Positions 10,376 through 23,254 of a stretch of DNA of 64,000 nucleotides are shown here, in pieces. Both the position numbers and the translations under genes were made by a program. The notes under the pieces are model-generated. The model ran no database searches and was not told where the DNA came from. It was given only the letters and a program-made list of their open reading frames with translations. Source of the stretch: Moniliella sp. 'wahieum' (taxonomy: Eukaryota); NCBI GenBank assembly GCA_003971905.1, contig RSEE01000137.1, forward strand, positions 62,001-126,000. The letters are read 5' to 3'. How positions within the stretch are numbered: position 1 is the first letter of the stretch; each line of letters opens with the position of its first letter.

Positions 10376-12894
10376 ATGGAACGGCGCCAGTCGGAGAGCA
10401 GTTCCGCCTCGGCGTCGTCGGCGCCGCGCCGCGCATCGCTGCTCAACCTGCTCGACGGCGGTGAGCCTGGCCCGCGTCCGCTGCTGCCGCACGCCGCCTC
10501 CTCTTCCTCGGCCTCCCTCAGCCCTGCCATGCCCACCGCGTCCTTCGGCACGTCCGCGCCCGTCTCGCCCTCCCTCGCGTCCGCGCCGCACGCATCTGTG
10601 CCGCGCCACACGCTCGCCGCGCTGCTCAACCCGTCTCCCGACGCTGCTTCTGCCCCTTCGGTCCGGCCCAAACGCCCTTCGACCTCCTACAGCCCTTCCC
10701 TCTCCTCTATGCCGGCCCCACCCCGCCCCTCCGTATCCGGCCCCGTATCGAGCTTCTCCCACCCCAGACCACTCGGAACTCGCTCTTCTCATCCCCTAGC
10801 CTCGCCGATGCCGCCGCGCCCCCGCCTGGTCACCCGCCCGATCCAGCCGATAGCGACATCCAATCCGAAACCGAAACCGAATCTGATCCCGGTCCTCAAC
10901 CTACTTCCGACCCCGATCCCGGGCCTGAGCCCGACCTTGATCCTGACATCGGATCCGAACTTGTTCCCCATCCCGAATCCAATCCCGAACCCAACGGCGC
11001 CCTCCTGCCCCCGCCCGAGCCCGCCCCCGAGCAAGAGCACGAGCAAGAGCAAGAGCAAGCAAGAGCAAGAGCAAGAGCAAGAGCAAGAGCAAGCAGAGCA
11101 AGAGCAAGAGCAGCAAGAGCAAGAGCAGAGCAAGAGCAAGAGCAAAGCAAGAGCAGAGCAAGAGCAAGAGCAAGAGCAAAAGCAAGAACCAGATCCCGAG
11201 TCGGAGGATACCTGGCCAAGGAACTGGACCAAGCATTGGACCAAGCCAACCCCTGACCGTCTCACCGGCATCGGAAACCCTACCTGGTCCCGAAGCCAAG
11301 CTGGCCGACGGCGACACGCGCATCACGCCAGCCGAGCGATACCGCAAACGCCTTCGCTCGCCCACTCCGCCCGCGAACTCGAACCCAGACCACTCTCCTT
11401 CCCCCGCCCCTGGTCCGCCCGACGTGAAACGTCCGCGTGCGCGTGCGCGGGCTAGTTCCCTCGCCTCCCCGCCTCCTCCCAAGGTGCAGTCAGTGCCCTC
11501 GGCCGAGACTCTGCCGACGCCCCCGCGTCGCTCGGACCGTGCTTACCACCCTACTAAGCGCGTGTCCGAGGCCAGCCCCGACCTGTTTGTCGGCTTGTCC
11601 GCCGTGGCTGTCAACGCAATGAAGCGCGACGCACAGGCGCGCAACGTGCTGCGCCAACGTGCTGCCGGCGTTGCTCCTGACCTTTCCTCGGGTGCAGGTG
11701 CGGGTGCAGGTGCTGGTGCGGGTGCGGGTGCGGGTGCAGGTGCAGGAGCGGGTTCGGGCGCTACGCCTGCGCCGGCGTCGGCGCTCGTGTCCAACGCGAC
11801 TGCCGTTGCGGGCATTACAATGCACGTCGGACCAAGGTGCTCAGAAACGCCAATCGTCCCCGATCTTGCCGTTGCGCAACCTGAACAATTGGGTCAAGTC
11901 GGTGGTCATGCAGCTGTTTGGGTCAGAGGCGTTGGCCAAGCTGCTGAGGCAGGCGTGCGGGGCAAGGTGCTCGAGTTGGGCGCGGGAAAGGGTGGCGATT
12001 TGTACAAGTGGGGTCGGGTGCGTCCGACTCCAGAGAAGTGGTGTTGTGTGATATTGCGGCAGCGTCGGTGGCCGATGCGGAACGACGGTATGCCAGCTCG
12101 CCGTTGGCGCCTACGCCGGGGCCGTCGGGTCAACTGCAGTTGCGTCCGGGCCAGTTTCGTGCCCAGTTCCATGCGTTTGACTGTTTTGGCCAGCCGATCG
12201 AAACGTTCCTCCCTCTGCCTGTGCGCGACGACGACGGCTTCTCCGTCACGAGCTTGCAATTTTGCCTCCACTATGGCTGGAGCTCCGAAGCGGCCGCACG
12301 ACAAATGATGCACAACACTGCCCGTCTCCTTCGCCCGGGCGGAGTGGTGATCGCCACCCTGCCCGATCCCGATGTGATCCGCGAGCGGATCGGGGCCGCG
12401 CAGGGCGCACAGGCAGGTCTCTCGTTCGGCAACAGCCGGTACAGCGTCACGTTCCCCGCTCCGTTCCAAGGTGCCGACTTTGGCGAGGCGTACATGTTTT
12501 ACTTGGAGGACGCAGTGACGAATGTGGTCGAGTATGTGGTGCCGTGGCAAGCCATGATCCGCATTGCGCAAGAGGTAGGTCTACGACCCAAATGGCGTCG
12601 CACCTTTTCCGACTTTGTGAATGAGTATCGCGACCATCGCGCTTACGGCACCCAGTTCCATCGCTTGGTTCATCCCCTCCATGGACCGGAACCCATCCGC
12701 CACGATTTGTGGCAAGCAGCCAGTACGTCCTTTCTTTCTCCCTTTCTCTTTCTCTTTCGTTGCTCTTCTTTCCTTCTCTTTCCTATTCTTTCCTTTTCTT
12801 TCGTCCCGTCCGGGATCGGTGTACTGACTCCGCCCCTGTCCCTCCTTCTTGTCCACCAGCTCTGTACCAGGCCGTCGCATTTGTCAAAGTGTAA
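10376..12894 (+). CDS. ABD1: mRNA cap guanine-N7 methyltransferase with a long low-complexity N-terminus
   Basis: HYN motif, LRNLNNWVKSV, SAM-binding VLELGAGKGGDLYKW, VLCDIA...SVADAERRY, SLQFCLHYGWSSEAAARQM, LRPGGVVIATLPD, FGNSRYSVTF, YMFYLEDAVTNVVEYVVPW; intron 12723-12859; ends LYQAVAFVKV*. The start codon is inferred; several frameshifts. Confidence 0.9.
11030..11188. repeat. (GAGCAA)n hexamer microsatellite inside the methyltransferase N-terminus
   Basis: About 25 GAGCAA-type units; translates as QE or SK repeats depending on frame. Confidence 0.9.
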
Positions 12895-13672
12895 CGGTTG
12901 ACGGCGCGTGGGGCGGCTGCCCCGTAGACCGCGTTCCTGCGGCGGCGGGGGGATACGTGCTTGGTTGGCCGTGGCGCTCGGCCTGGGCTGCTGTGGAGCG
13001 GACATTTGGCGCCAATGGTCCCACAGCCCACCAAGCAAGGGAGACTTTCCCGTTCCCTTTCGTGCTCCGCCCTCTGTGCTGCGTACCCCTCTTGCGGTCC
13101 ATGGGCGGGCGCGCCGAGCCCACTGCCATGGCCGACAGCATGTACGACAGGACATGACATGACTGTGCGACCGCCAGTCGGGGCACTTGGCCCCAGCGCT
13201 TTTGCCCCCTCCTTGTGGCCGCGAGCAGGGCTCGGGTGCGGTGCGGTGTGGTGCTGGGCTCCGAGGCTCCTTCCCGGCCTCAGGGATTCCACAGGGATCT
13301 GTGCGCCAAACACCCGAGTCTCAACGAACGGCGAGCGGGTTCCGCTCAAGCTCATCCGTCCACTAATGAAAACAATCTATGACACGTCACGTACACGTAC
13401 ACGTACACGTCGCGTTAAGCCAAGTCTAGTTTCTCATGAACGTCATGAACGTGGAATGTTGGTCCATGTACAAGTGCCATGTCCATCATCTTCTCATCAG
13501 CTGCTGTGATGGCCTGGATGGGTTAGGATGGGATGGAATGGGATGCAAGTAGTTGCCTTTTTCCGACAAGGGTGAGCCATGGCGCAGATGGCAATGGAGT
13601 ATACGTGCAACGACAATAAAAATAACGGCCCAGTGTGCTAGAGACAAAATGCAATCTCCTGCCCCGGGCAGG

Positions 13673-15126
13673 CTACTTGCCCGGCTCGGGCGGGACAATC
13701 TGGTAGAGCTGGGACTGCTTGTGGGCCAAGCGCGCCGTCTCCTCCGCCGAGTCGGCAGAGAGATAGCCCTCCTCCTGCTCTGCTGCCCCCACCACATCCT
13801 CCTCGTCCGACGCTGGGCCAAACATCCCGCTCTGCAGCAGCCCCGCCCGCACATCCACCGCCCGCAGCGGCTGGCCATCCATCGCCGGCATCGCCCACGC
13901 CACCTGCGGGTGGCGCGCGGGCGTGCGGCCGCGCGACTGCTGCGAGGGCGAGCGGGAGGTGGTGCGGGAGACGGGGTCGCGCGCGCCTGGACGACTGGTG
14001 GCGCGCGAGCGCGCGCGGCTGCGCGAGCGGTCTGAGCGCGGGGCGCCAGCCGAGGCAGAGCGCGACTGGGACCGCGTACGCATCGCTGCCAAGTCGGCCT
14101 GCAGCGCCTGGACCAAGCTCACGCTGTTGCTCTGTTCCTCCCCGGCGCGCTTCTCGATCGCAATTAGCTCCTCGAGCGTCTGGCCACACGCACAGTGGCT
14201 GTGCGACTCGTGCTCGTTTGGGCCCTGCCACTCGTCCCGCCCCCTGCGGCGGCACAGGCTGCGAGTCCAGCGCCGAATACGACGGCAGACGCACAGAGTC
14301 GTACTTGGCCGCACACGACGGTAGGTCAATGTCCCAGCTGGCCTGGTACACGTGCACCGGCTGCTTCGCCCGCCCGCTCGCGTTGGGCCCCGCCACGGGC
14401 GCCTCGAGCCCAGGAAGCGTGTACCGGATCTGACACACCATCTGGTGCGCCACCCGGATCGCACTCTGGCTCCCGGCCAACGACGTCGGCCGAACCGCAT
14501 CGTCCGTCGGCAGCCTCGTCACCCACTCCCCCTGCACACTCCGCCTCGCAGGTACAGCAGGTGCCGCTGCCGCTGCCGCCGCCGGGGAGCCTGCCGGGCC
14601 CGACGCAGCCCGTGCCTCGCATCCCGATGCGCGCGCCAGCCCAATATCCCCCGACCCATCTTCCTCGGCCGCGGCCGGTCCCGCGCGCGCCACGGGATCC
14701 AACCGCCTTGGAGCAGGAGGTGGATCCTGTCTGCTCTCGGTCTCGGTCTCGGTCTGGGTCTCGGGCTTGGGCTCGGTCTCCACCTGTTCCACCGTCAAGT
14801 CCGACCCGTCGGAATCGACGAGCGGGTGAGATTCCAGCGGACAATTCTCCACCATCTGCGGCCTTCGGCGCGAATGCAAGGTTACCCTCTGCAATAATTG
14901 GCCGTAACGCGAACCAGGTGCGCTTCTGCTGCCGGCACACACGGCATGGACAAGGCGAAGCGCATGTACCCCCCCACTGTGAGGTGCTGCGAGCGCGCCG
15001 TGATCAGCAAAGGTCCCAAATCTGTCTCGGCATGGTGGTTGAACGAGTAGGCTAACGCACCATCGTGCGTAGGCAAGGCCACAGGGAACGCATTCTGGTC
15101 CCCACCCCGCGGTCAAATGGCAATGC

Positions 15127-15157
<31 letters not shown>

Positions 15158-15988
15158 TAACGAGGGTCAGAGATAAGCTTCAGAGAAGTTGGGGCCCCGG
15201 GTGGGGTGGGAAGGGAAGGGAAAGCACAGGAAGAAAAAGAAGGCAAGAGAAGGCAAGAAGGGAAAAAGACGTACCTTGGACGCAGTCAAAACCTTGCGTC
15301 CCGAACCCAACAGCCCCCCGCCTGCATTGAGGTGAGCTTGGCAGTGAGGCGGTAGTACAGCCGGCCGTACCGACAGCGCTCGTACGGCGGCACATGCTGC
15401 GGAATCTCAAAAATAAAGTCCCACGTACATCCTGCCCGGCTCGAGGTGCAGCGACGCAGGTGGCGTAGCGGGCGGATGGAGGTCCAAGCTCGACGCACGC
15501 GTGCTGGGCCCCGCCGAGGAAACCGCGGACGAGGGCTGGGTCTTGCCGCGGTCGTAAAACGCCAGCGCGGCGGGCGCATGGGTGGTGGGGGAGGCGGTGC
15601 TGGTGGAGCCAGAGACCGAGGCGTGGGTGGGCGACGAAGGCGGGGGCGAGTGGGAAGGCGTGACAAACGCCGTGGTGGGATCAACCACCTGCGTCTCGTC
15701 CAACACCTTCTCCAGCACAAACGGCGTGTTCTGCTCCATCGCTGCGCCCGACACGAACCCCAGGTTCTCGCGGCCTTGCAACGAACACTCGAGCTTGTGC
15801 ACGCCCGCCCGCAGCACCTTGGCCTTGACACCGGCATCGGACGGCACGGTGAGGTGGACAGTGGCGACGTACAGCGCGCCGCGGCCGCCGCCGCGCTCGC
15901 TCAGCGCCTCGCGCACGCTCGGAGGCAGCGCAGGGTCAACGGGGTAGACAAAGATGTCGTTCTCGGCGGTCGTGATGCTGAGCTCCAT
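13673..15988 (-). CDS. Arrestin-like (alpha-arrestin / PY-motif) protein
   Basis: MELSITTAENDIFVYP...ATVHLTVP...LECSLQGRENL...WDFIFEIPQHVPPYERCRYGRLYYRLTAKL (arrestin-N-like); intron at about 15125-15275; DLGPLLITARSQHLTVGGYMRF; IRVAHQMVCQIRY; LPSY motif; CACGQTLEEL. Frameshifts present. Confidence 0.65.
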
Positions 15989-16863
15989 CGAGGGGTGTTG
16001 GCAGGGAGGACGGCAGGGCCGGTGGTGGCGGGGCAAAGACGTGCTTGGGCTGCGTGCTGCTCGGGGCAGGGTCCTGTTGGTGCCACGGCGGGCGCTGTGT
16101 GGTACTCGACGGAGTTAGCGTCTCAGCACGCCCGGCCGACGAGTACTAGCAGCCGCCGGGCTTACTTACTGAAAAGAATGGAAGGAAAAAAGCGCCGGCT
16201 CGCCGCCTGTGTCTTGGACTGATGAGTACTTGCAACACTATTTGAGCTACGTGTGCCTGAGTGGAATATGTGCCGCGTAACGCCCAACGCGTGACGATGC
16301 AACCGGGAGGCGCGGCAAATCCTGCAACCGCCACAGCCCCCTGGCCCCAAGCAGCGCACCCTCCGACCGACAGCATCCCCGATCCAGTCTCGGAAAGGTC
16401 GACATGGCAGCGGCCTCTGTCCGCCCCCCCCTCCCTGTCTTCCCCTCCGTCCTCCCCGTCGGCCGTGCCAATCCTGGGCTGGGTGTGGACTGCGATGGCC
16501 GGCGCCGTGGAAAGCACACCGTGGGCGAGGAGACAGAGACAATCGATGGCCTGGAAGAGGCGGATGGATCGAGGTGAATGCAAGCGGCAGCCGAAGCGCA
16601 TCGAACCATCGAAGCTGGCAGCGGCCACACCCAATCCTCTCGCCTTTTCTGTCCTCCCGGGTTGAAATTGAAAGAGTCCTCAGTTGAACATTGAACCTGG
16701 GCAGCGTGTTACGTAAGAACACAGTCTGCTAGGACTATATTCCCACCTGACTTGCCTCGGGCCTCCACCACCCTCTGCCCGCCCATCCGCATCCACACTG
16801 GGATCCACGCATACTCCAGTCGCATTCCCATCGGCCGTCGACGCGTCCCTCGTAGCCACCGCC

Positions 16864-18336
16864 TCAGTCAAAGCCCACCTGCTGGTTGGCCACATCAAAC
16901 GACACGACCGTCTCTTGGAACAGACTGTCGCCCAGCGTCCAGCTGTCCTGGCCCAGGTCCGCGCCAATCACCGCCAGCACACACTGGCCGTCGTTGGTCG
17001 TGCCAAACGAAACCGTGTCCTTCGACAGCGCAATCGTCTTGGACCCAAACATAAAGCTCACCGACGGCGGCGAGTTGCAGTCATACGCAGCCATCAGTTG
17101 CTGGTTCTGCGTAAACTCTGCAGACCCAGCGACTGGAACAGCAACTTGGCCTCCGACGGAGGCGCCACAATCACCGTCGTACCTGGTACGCAACGGACAG
17201 ATGAGATAGGATGCAGATACTGCGTTAACGTTCGGCCCTTTCACCTAACCAATCCAACGCCCAACAACCACATCATGGCGCTGAGGGGGGGAGACGACCG
17301 TAAAGACCTGATAGGGAAAAAAAGGATACTCACCCGAATCAATAATCGCAGCCGGCACCGCCTTGCCATTGACCTTGGCGTCCACGCCCCAGTACGAAGC
17401 ATCCGTCACGGGCACGTACGTAGCCGTCGAGCTCTTCGAGCCCAAGGTGAGCGACGAACCCGAGGTACGCAGCTTGAACATAAATGCCTGTTCGTCCAGG
17501 ACGCCAGCCTTGATCAACGAATAAAAGTACGGCTCCTGTTCCGGGAACTCGGCAAGGTTGGGGAAGGCCATGCCACTGATCCCCTTGTTGTTGCCCTCGC
17601 TGCTATCGATAAACTGAGTTTGGCTCAACCCAATGTACGCCTTGTCGGCAGACAGACCGCCAATCGTCAACTTGTCCGAGTAGATATTCCCCGAGGCCTG
17701 CGTGCCATCGGCGTACCGGTCTTGGAACGTGTTGCCCGTATTGGAGGAGGAAGAGGACGAGCCCGGCTTGTACGCACCGGGATTGACGAGCGTGTCGCTA
17801 GATCCCGTGTCAAAGTCTATTATTGGCCATGCAGGAGGACGTGGGGAAGCACACACACAAATGCAAAGTCAGTTTAACGCTCTGATCAATAACTCAGTGT
17901 GGGCAGAGAATGACGTTGGTGTGGCCAATGTAGAACCATCATAGAACGCAGACCATCCAACGTACCAATGTAGATCTGTTGCGCCGGCGAGCCAAAGGCA
18001 ATTTGACCGGACCATAGCTGGCCATTATCCTGATCCCCTAGTGCCACCGTGCCAGTCGACCGACCGACCAATTTGCCGCGCATCCCGAGCATGTTTCTTG
18101 CCCGCGTTGCGCTCGTACGCAGCCAAGTTCTTGGTGTACTTGGTGCGCAGACGTGCCACTTCCTGCGAAAGCTTGGCCATGTCGACCGAGCCATCGGAAC
18201 GCGTCATGAGCCGGTCAGCACGCCGCGAGAGTGGGATCTCAACGGTCCGGCCGCTGCCCGACGGAGAAGGCATCGCCGAGGCACTGATCGCACCCAGGGC
18301 CAAGGCAAGCGCAGCAAAGTTGGTAGAGAAGTGCAT
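16864..18336 (-). CDS. Secreted pepsin-like (A1) aspartic protease
   Basis: Signal peptide MHFSTNFAALALALGAISASA; LWSGQIAFGSPAQQIYI, intron, DFDTGSSDTLV; flap YADGT; GISGMAF; YWGV; AIIDSG, intron 17183-17333, TTVIVAP; WTLGDSLFQETVVSFDVANQQVGF. Confidence 0.95.
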
Positions 18337-21113
18337 GGTGAGAGAGTGGAGGTGAAGGGAAAAGAAAAAAGCTTGGAGAGAGAGAGACGGTCGGTGCGGG
18401 GAGGCGGTGGTGGGTGGTGGGAATTGTCGATGGAGATCAAGCCAAAACACCAGGGTTATATACTAATCGCGCATGCCTTTCTGTTTCTCCTGCAGGTAGT
18501 CACTGCCCACCCCGCCTCTTGATGTGCCATCGCGACGACTATCTCGTAGCGCCTCGCAGATCGCAAATGGCCAGATACGCTCGGATCTCGCATCGCATAT
18601 CTCATCGGTCTGAGATCTCAACGGAGGCAGCAGATCAAAAGGTGTTGAAAGTACATCTGGATCGCGTTTCGAGTCGTCACTAGAGCGATCGGGTGCGCAG
18701 GCCACACTGCTCCTGTCGGGCTTGTGGGTTCTAAGACCTGAAAGAAGGATCAAGCTTCCAAACAAGCCCAACCACGAGGCCCACCAGTGTAACAATCATA
18801 TTCCTCCCTGTTCCTCACACAGGTCCCTCATCGCACTCCCCGATTGGCGCTCTCCGTGGCGGCGTTCCGGTACCCGGCAAACATGGGTAACCGTAGACAG
18901 TGAAGCTAGTGAGCGTTGAAACTGGCTCGCGTTGTATTGAGGAAAATGACTGGTTGAGTTGAGAACTCAGACTGGGTATGCCGAGTAGTGCGTAATGAGT
19001 CTCATTTCTCAGACCGAGTATTACCGGAACGAGCCCCTCAACTCTGCGCCACGTTGGCGAGGTGGGGTGAGGCGCTCAGGCTGCGCCGTGGAACCGCGAC
19101 AGAGGTGTGAATATGGTGATAGCATGTAACATGGAACATCTGACTGCCTACTATAGTCACTACTACTAGTCACCAATCCCGTGAAGATGAATTCCAGTCC
19201 GTATCGTCACAGTCACTCGATCGTCCCACACACCCAAACACATGAATCGTAAAAGAGCAGGGCGCGGTTGTTTTCACATCCGCTCTCCATTCTTTTCTTC
19301 CGCCCGCCAACGAGAGCCGGTATTTGCAAATGGATCCCATTGGGTGGTGTCCACCCGGCCCACCACAGCAGGCTGTGCTGGTTTGCCAATGTTGTGCTTG
19401 GGCGCGCGACGGCATGCTACACCACAGGCTAATGATGCTCTGCTATCGACTATCCATCTTCACATCTTCAAGTTGGCAGTTGCAAGTGATCAGTATGGGT
19501 AAGCGCTTAGCATATAGGTGTGGTGATATGTCGCCACTTATTGTCCACCATCCAACCGACACCATATAACCATATGCCTCCACTCCAATCGCTCTGCTTC
19601 AAGCTCTGCTCACTCACCGCCTCCTCACTACCGTAAACTGCTACTGTAACGTGTGTAATTCTCTGCACACATCGCTATCTATAGTGCTGTAGCTGTTGCC
19701 TCCGGGGATGCTGTGGGAGTATCAGCTGGGCAGCATGTGGTTAGGGCCTAAAGTGTTCTGCAGAATTCTCTTCAACATTCGTCCATGCGGCCTTGGCCTA
19801 ACTCCTGATGAGGAGATTATCATGATGATGTTCACCACCTGGTACACTCTTTCCGCGGCAGCGCGAACAATACCATAGGCCATCACCACATGCACAAGCC
19901 CGACCAGTGGGAAACAAGTAGGCAGATCACACGTCGTTATGCTACGACCTGCTACGAAGCCTCTGTTACCCTGTAAAAGCGAGAAATGCGTTCTATAGTA
20001 GATGTAAGACCAAATGCCAGTAAACGTTAAACGGTTTGGCACGTTGACTCGGTCACTATAGCTGGAATCCACACTATATGATGACTGCATGGGCCTGTTA
20101 GCCAATCATTAATGATGATCGATGAAGCAGATGTGGTGGCTGGGATTGCGGGGTGTACTGTCGTGTGGGGGGCGTGGCGCCGTGATGCGTGAAGCAGGAA
20201 GCTTGTGTTGCCATTGAAGCACGAAACGCGGAGAAGAGAGGTGATCCGTGACGCATGAGTACACGAGTACTGGAGTAGCGAAGCTATAGTGACTAAGGAC
20301 GCTGAGCACTGACAGTATGGAGTACTCGAAGGCTGTATGTGTTGCGCAGAACTTGTATTGGTTGTGGGTCGCCAATGTGGGGCCGCAGAGGAGGAGAATA
20401 GCAATGGAGGAGCGGGGAAAACAAGGTGTTCGTTGAGTCGAACGGTGTTGCCACGTTGTGCAAGTGACCGAAGTGACTCGCTGGTAGTCACTACTAGTGA
20501 CTATAGTGCCTATAGGCCAGGAATGGCAATGATCGATGATCGAGATCAACGATTACTTGGTAGTTACTAGTTACTGACGCGGAGGATGGGATAACGTCGA
20601 TGATCGAGGAGACGGCACAAATTCACACATCAGACCAACGCGCAAAAGGGCCAATGCGCCCAAATGCGCCAAAGGATGTGTGCTTCCATTCCCTCCGATG
20701 CGCCAGCAACCACGTGCTTGTGCATCCTGCTTCCCCGGTCCCCAGGCATCCCACACACGGCCCAGCTCGCCGTCGAACCGAGGCAAAGATTCCTTCCTCC
20801 TATGGTAACGGCTTTGATGAGGTTGTGATCTCACTCGTCACCGCGTCACTAGTCACTATACAGTGACGAGAGCGACGCGATATGATTCCAATGCAAACAT
20901 GCTCGCAACGAGATCCAACGGGACACAGACCTTTTCGTATCGATCATGCGAGCCGAGCCAGGCGCACGCATCACATCAAGGTTCCCCACTAGTGAGGGCG
21001 CCTACGATGGCCGGTGGCCATCCCATATCCATCCCTTCTGCCCGTCAATACTGTGCTCAGAGTATATACTCAGGACTCAATTCAGTATTCACATGAATCC
21101 CCAGAAACCACCA

Positions 21114-21309
21114 TGTCAGGAGACTGAGATGGGGGAAAGGGTGCAGATGGATTGCATACATCTATGGACGCAGAGGAGGTATATGACCTCCTCAGGAAGG
21201 GGGCACAGTCGAGAGGTGGACACAGGATCTCCCAACTGATAGGAATCACGCCATAGTGCCCATACGGGCCTAGTGGGCAAGGGCCCCCTAGCACGGTGTG
21301 ATTCTGACA
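21114..21309 (-). mobile_element. Candidate short LTR (196 bp)
   Basis: Bounded by the perfect 6-bp inverted repeat TGTCAG...CTGACA. On the minus strand it has a TATA-like CATATA and is immediately followed by TGGTGG (PBS-like start). No clean target-site duplication. Confidence 0.4.
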
Positions 21310-23254
21310 CCCACAGCCACACTAATCAATGAATCACTCCCTAGCACTTCTAGTTACTAGTTACTACTTACCAGTCCGTCACTGCGACTATAGTCACATG
21401 TCACATGTCACATGTCACAGCGTCACAGAGACTAATATAGGGACTAGCTCCTTGTGTCCCTGCGACGCCATTGTGATGCCTTTTGCCCAGTTGGGTTCTC
21501 GCTGCGGTCGTGTTGAGTCCCACACCTTCTCCACAGCGTAACCTATGACGCGCATGACGTGCATGACGAGGCGTCGTCCCAAACCTGCCCCCACGGTATC
21601 CGGGACCGGGGAATTAACTATTGGCCACGCGGCGCAAGTGCATCAATCTCCTCATAGTAGCACCCTAACCCCGCCTCGTCGCTGCGTGCTGCAAGTGTGG
21701 CTGTCCCCGCCACAGTCCTGTTACCTGAGGCTCGAGCTACATGAGCGCCTGCGCACAGTAGAGGACACCCAAAGCGGTGGTGCAGGGTGCGAGCGAACGT
21801 GTCGAGCCGATACGTTCTTGGATCTTACCGATCGTACAACAGACAAGGATATCTCAAGGCATAACCCAGGGGAAACCTCGAGGCAACAAAGAATGCACTG
21901 AAGTGCGGAAGCCACCGTAGATCTCATTACCGGTTACCTGTATCAGACGCTCCCCCTTTCCCCCATATCTATTCCGTCATCGACCGCCCAACCTTTTTGT
22001 GAATGTGACCGGGGTTTAATAGATCTTAGATCTTAGATGGAGCATGTGGGGTTTCTGACCGAGTATTAAACGTGACGCGACCGCGTCCATATGGACCTGG
22101 AAAGACGGCACTGTGTAAATGTGCATTGCAAATGCGAAATGCAGTGAGTGCCATTTGGCGGTTATTCGGTTATCGCTTTACTGTGTGCCGTGTGCATAAG
22201 CTCAGGCAGAGAGGAGCTCGTGAGTTGCTTTTTTGGGAAGCTTGCAGTTTGCGGCTTGCAGCTTGAAGCTTGAAGCTTGAAGCTTGAAGGCAGACCCACG
22301 AAATGCACGTTTGGCAGAGCACCGCTGTGTCTAGTTTAGTACATCTGTCTTAGACTGTTCTTGCAGAGAAGCAGTTGAAGACAAGCAGTCGAAGACAAGT
22401 AGTCCTCTTTTAGAGTCACTTTGGCCACGAAACAAAGTAACCATAATCAGCCCCTTCTTTTTCAGCGTTATATCCGCTTGAAAACGATGCAGGATCAGAT
22501 TAGGTCGATCAAGGGGAGACACAGCTGTGTTTGAGGACTTGTGGTATAACTACCACCTCCACCTCGATGCGGTCATCGTCTCAACCTCTTGTTATTAGGC
22601 GATGGAGCCTGCAGCGCTCAGAGCGCGTACGGTTCGAAATTGGGACGGTCCAAACTCCCCCGCAGCGCTCGTACGGTCAGGGTGCATCTGGTTGTGGGAA
22701 ACTACGATCTGCAGGTTATGAGATCCCCCCCGGCCCCGTCCTCTCTGTCCTTTCATCCATCCTCACCACTCGAACCTATCTGGCGGGCAACACGTGCTAG
22801 TAGTATATGGCCCTGCATTGTGTCCGCCATATGTGTTCAGCAGCGATCCTCCTCCCCCCCAGTCAAACTAGTATGCGCAACCTGGCACAACTGGCATAGG
22901 TGGGCGGACGCCACAGGGTATCAAGAGGCCGGTCAAGGGGAATCTCGAAGCGGTAGTGTGCCGCACAGGCATGATCCCATGTTAGGTACCGCCGACAAGC
23001 AAGGAAAGGCAAAGCGCAGCAAAAGCGCATATGACGCGCAAGGTGGTCACCACGTTGGACTTTGGAAGCAAGCATAGGGTGTAGAGTAGTACAAGGACAA
23101 GAGCACGCGCCCACCCGACCAGGGAGCTAGGTTGGGGGAAGGGAGGAAGGGGAGGATCAGAGGATTCAAAAGGATGAGCTGGTCCAACGGCTGGGCACAC
23201 CAGACCGAGAGACAGAAAAGAAAAAGGAGTGGGGTAGGAGGGAGAGGAGGGAAG

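Noticed and set aside
10132..11482. Long antisense and alternate-frame ORFs (poly-VE, poly-CS, poly-LA, poly-G)
   Set aside because: Shadows of stop-free hexamer microsatellites in GC-rich DNA.
19722..20105. 127-aa minus-strand ORF in the 18.5-23 kb gap
   Set aside because: No recognisable domain and no supporting gene structure; cannot be called from the sequence alone.
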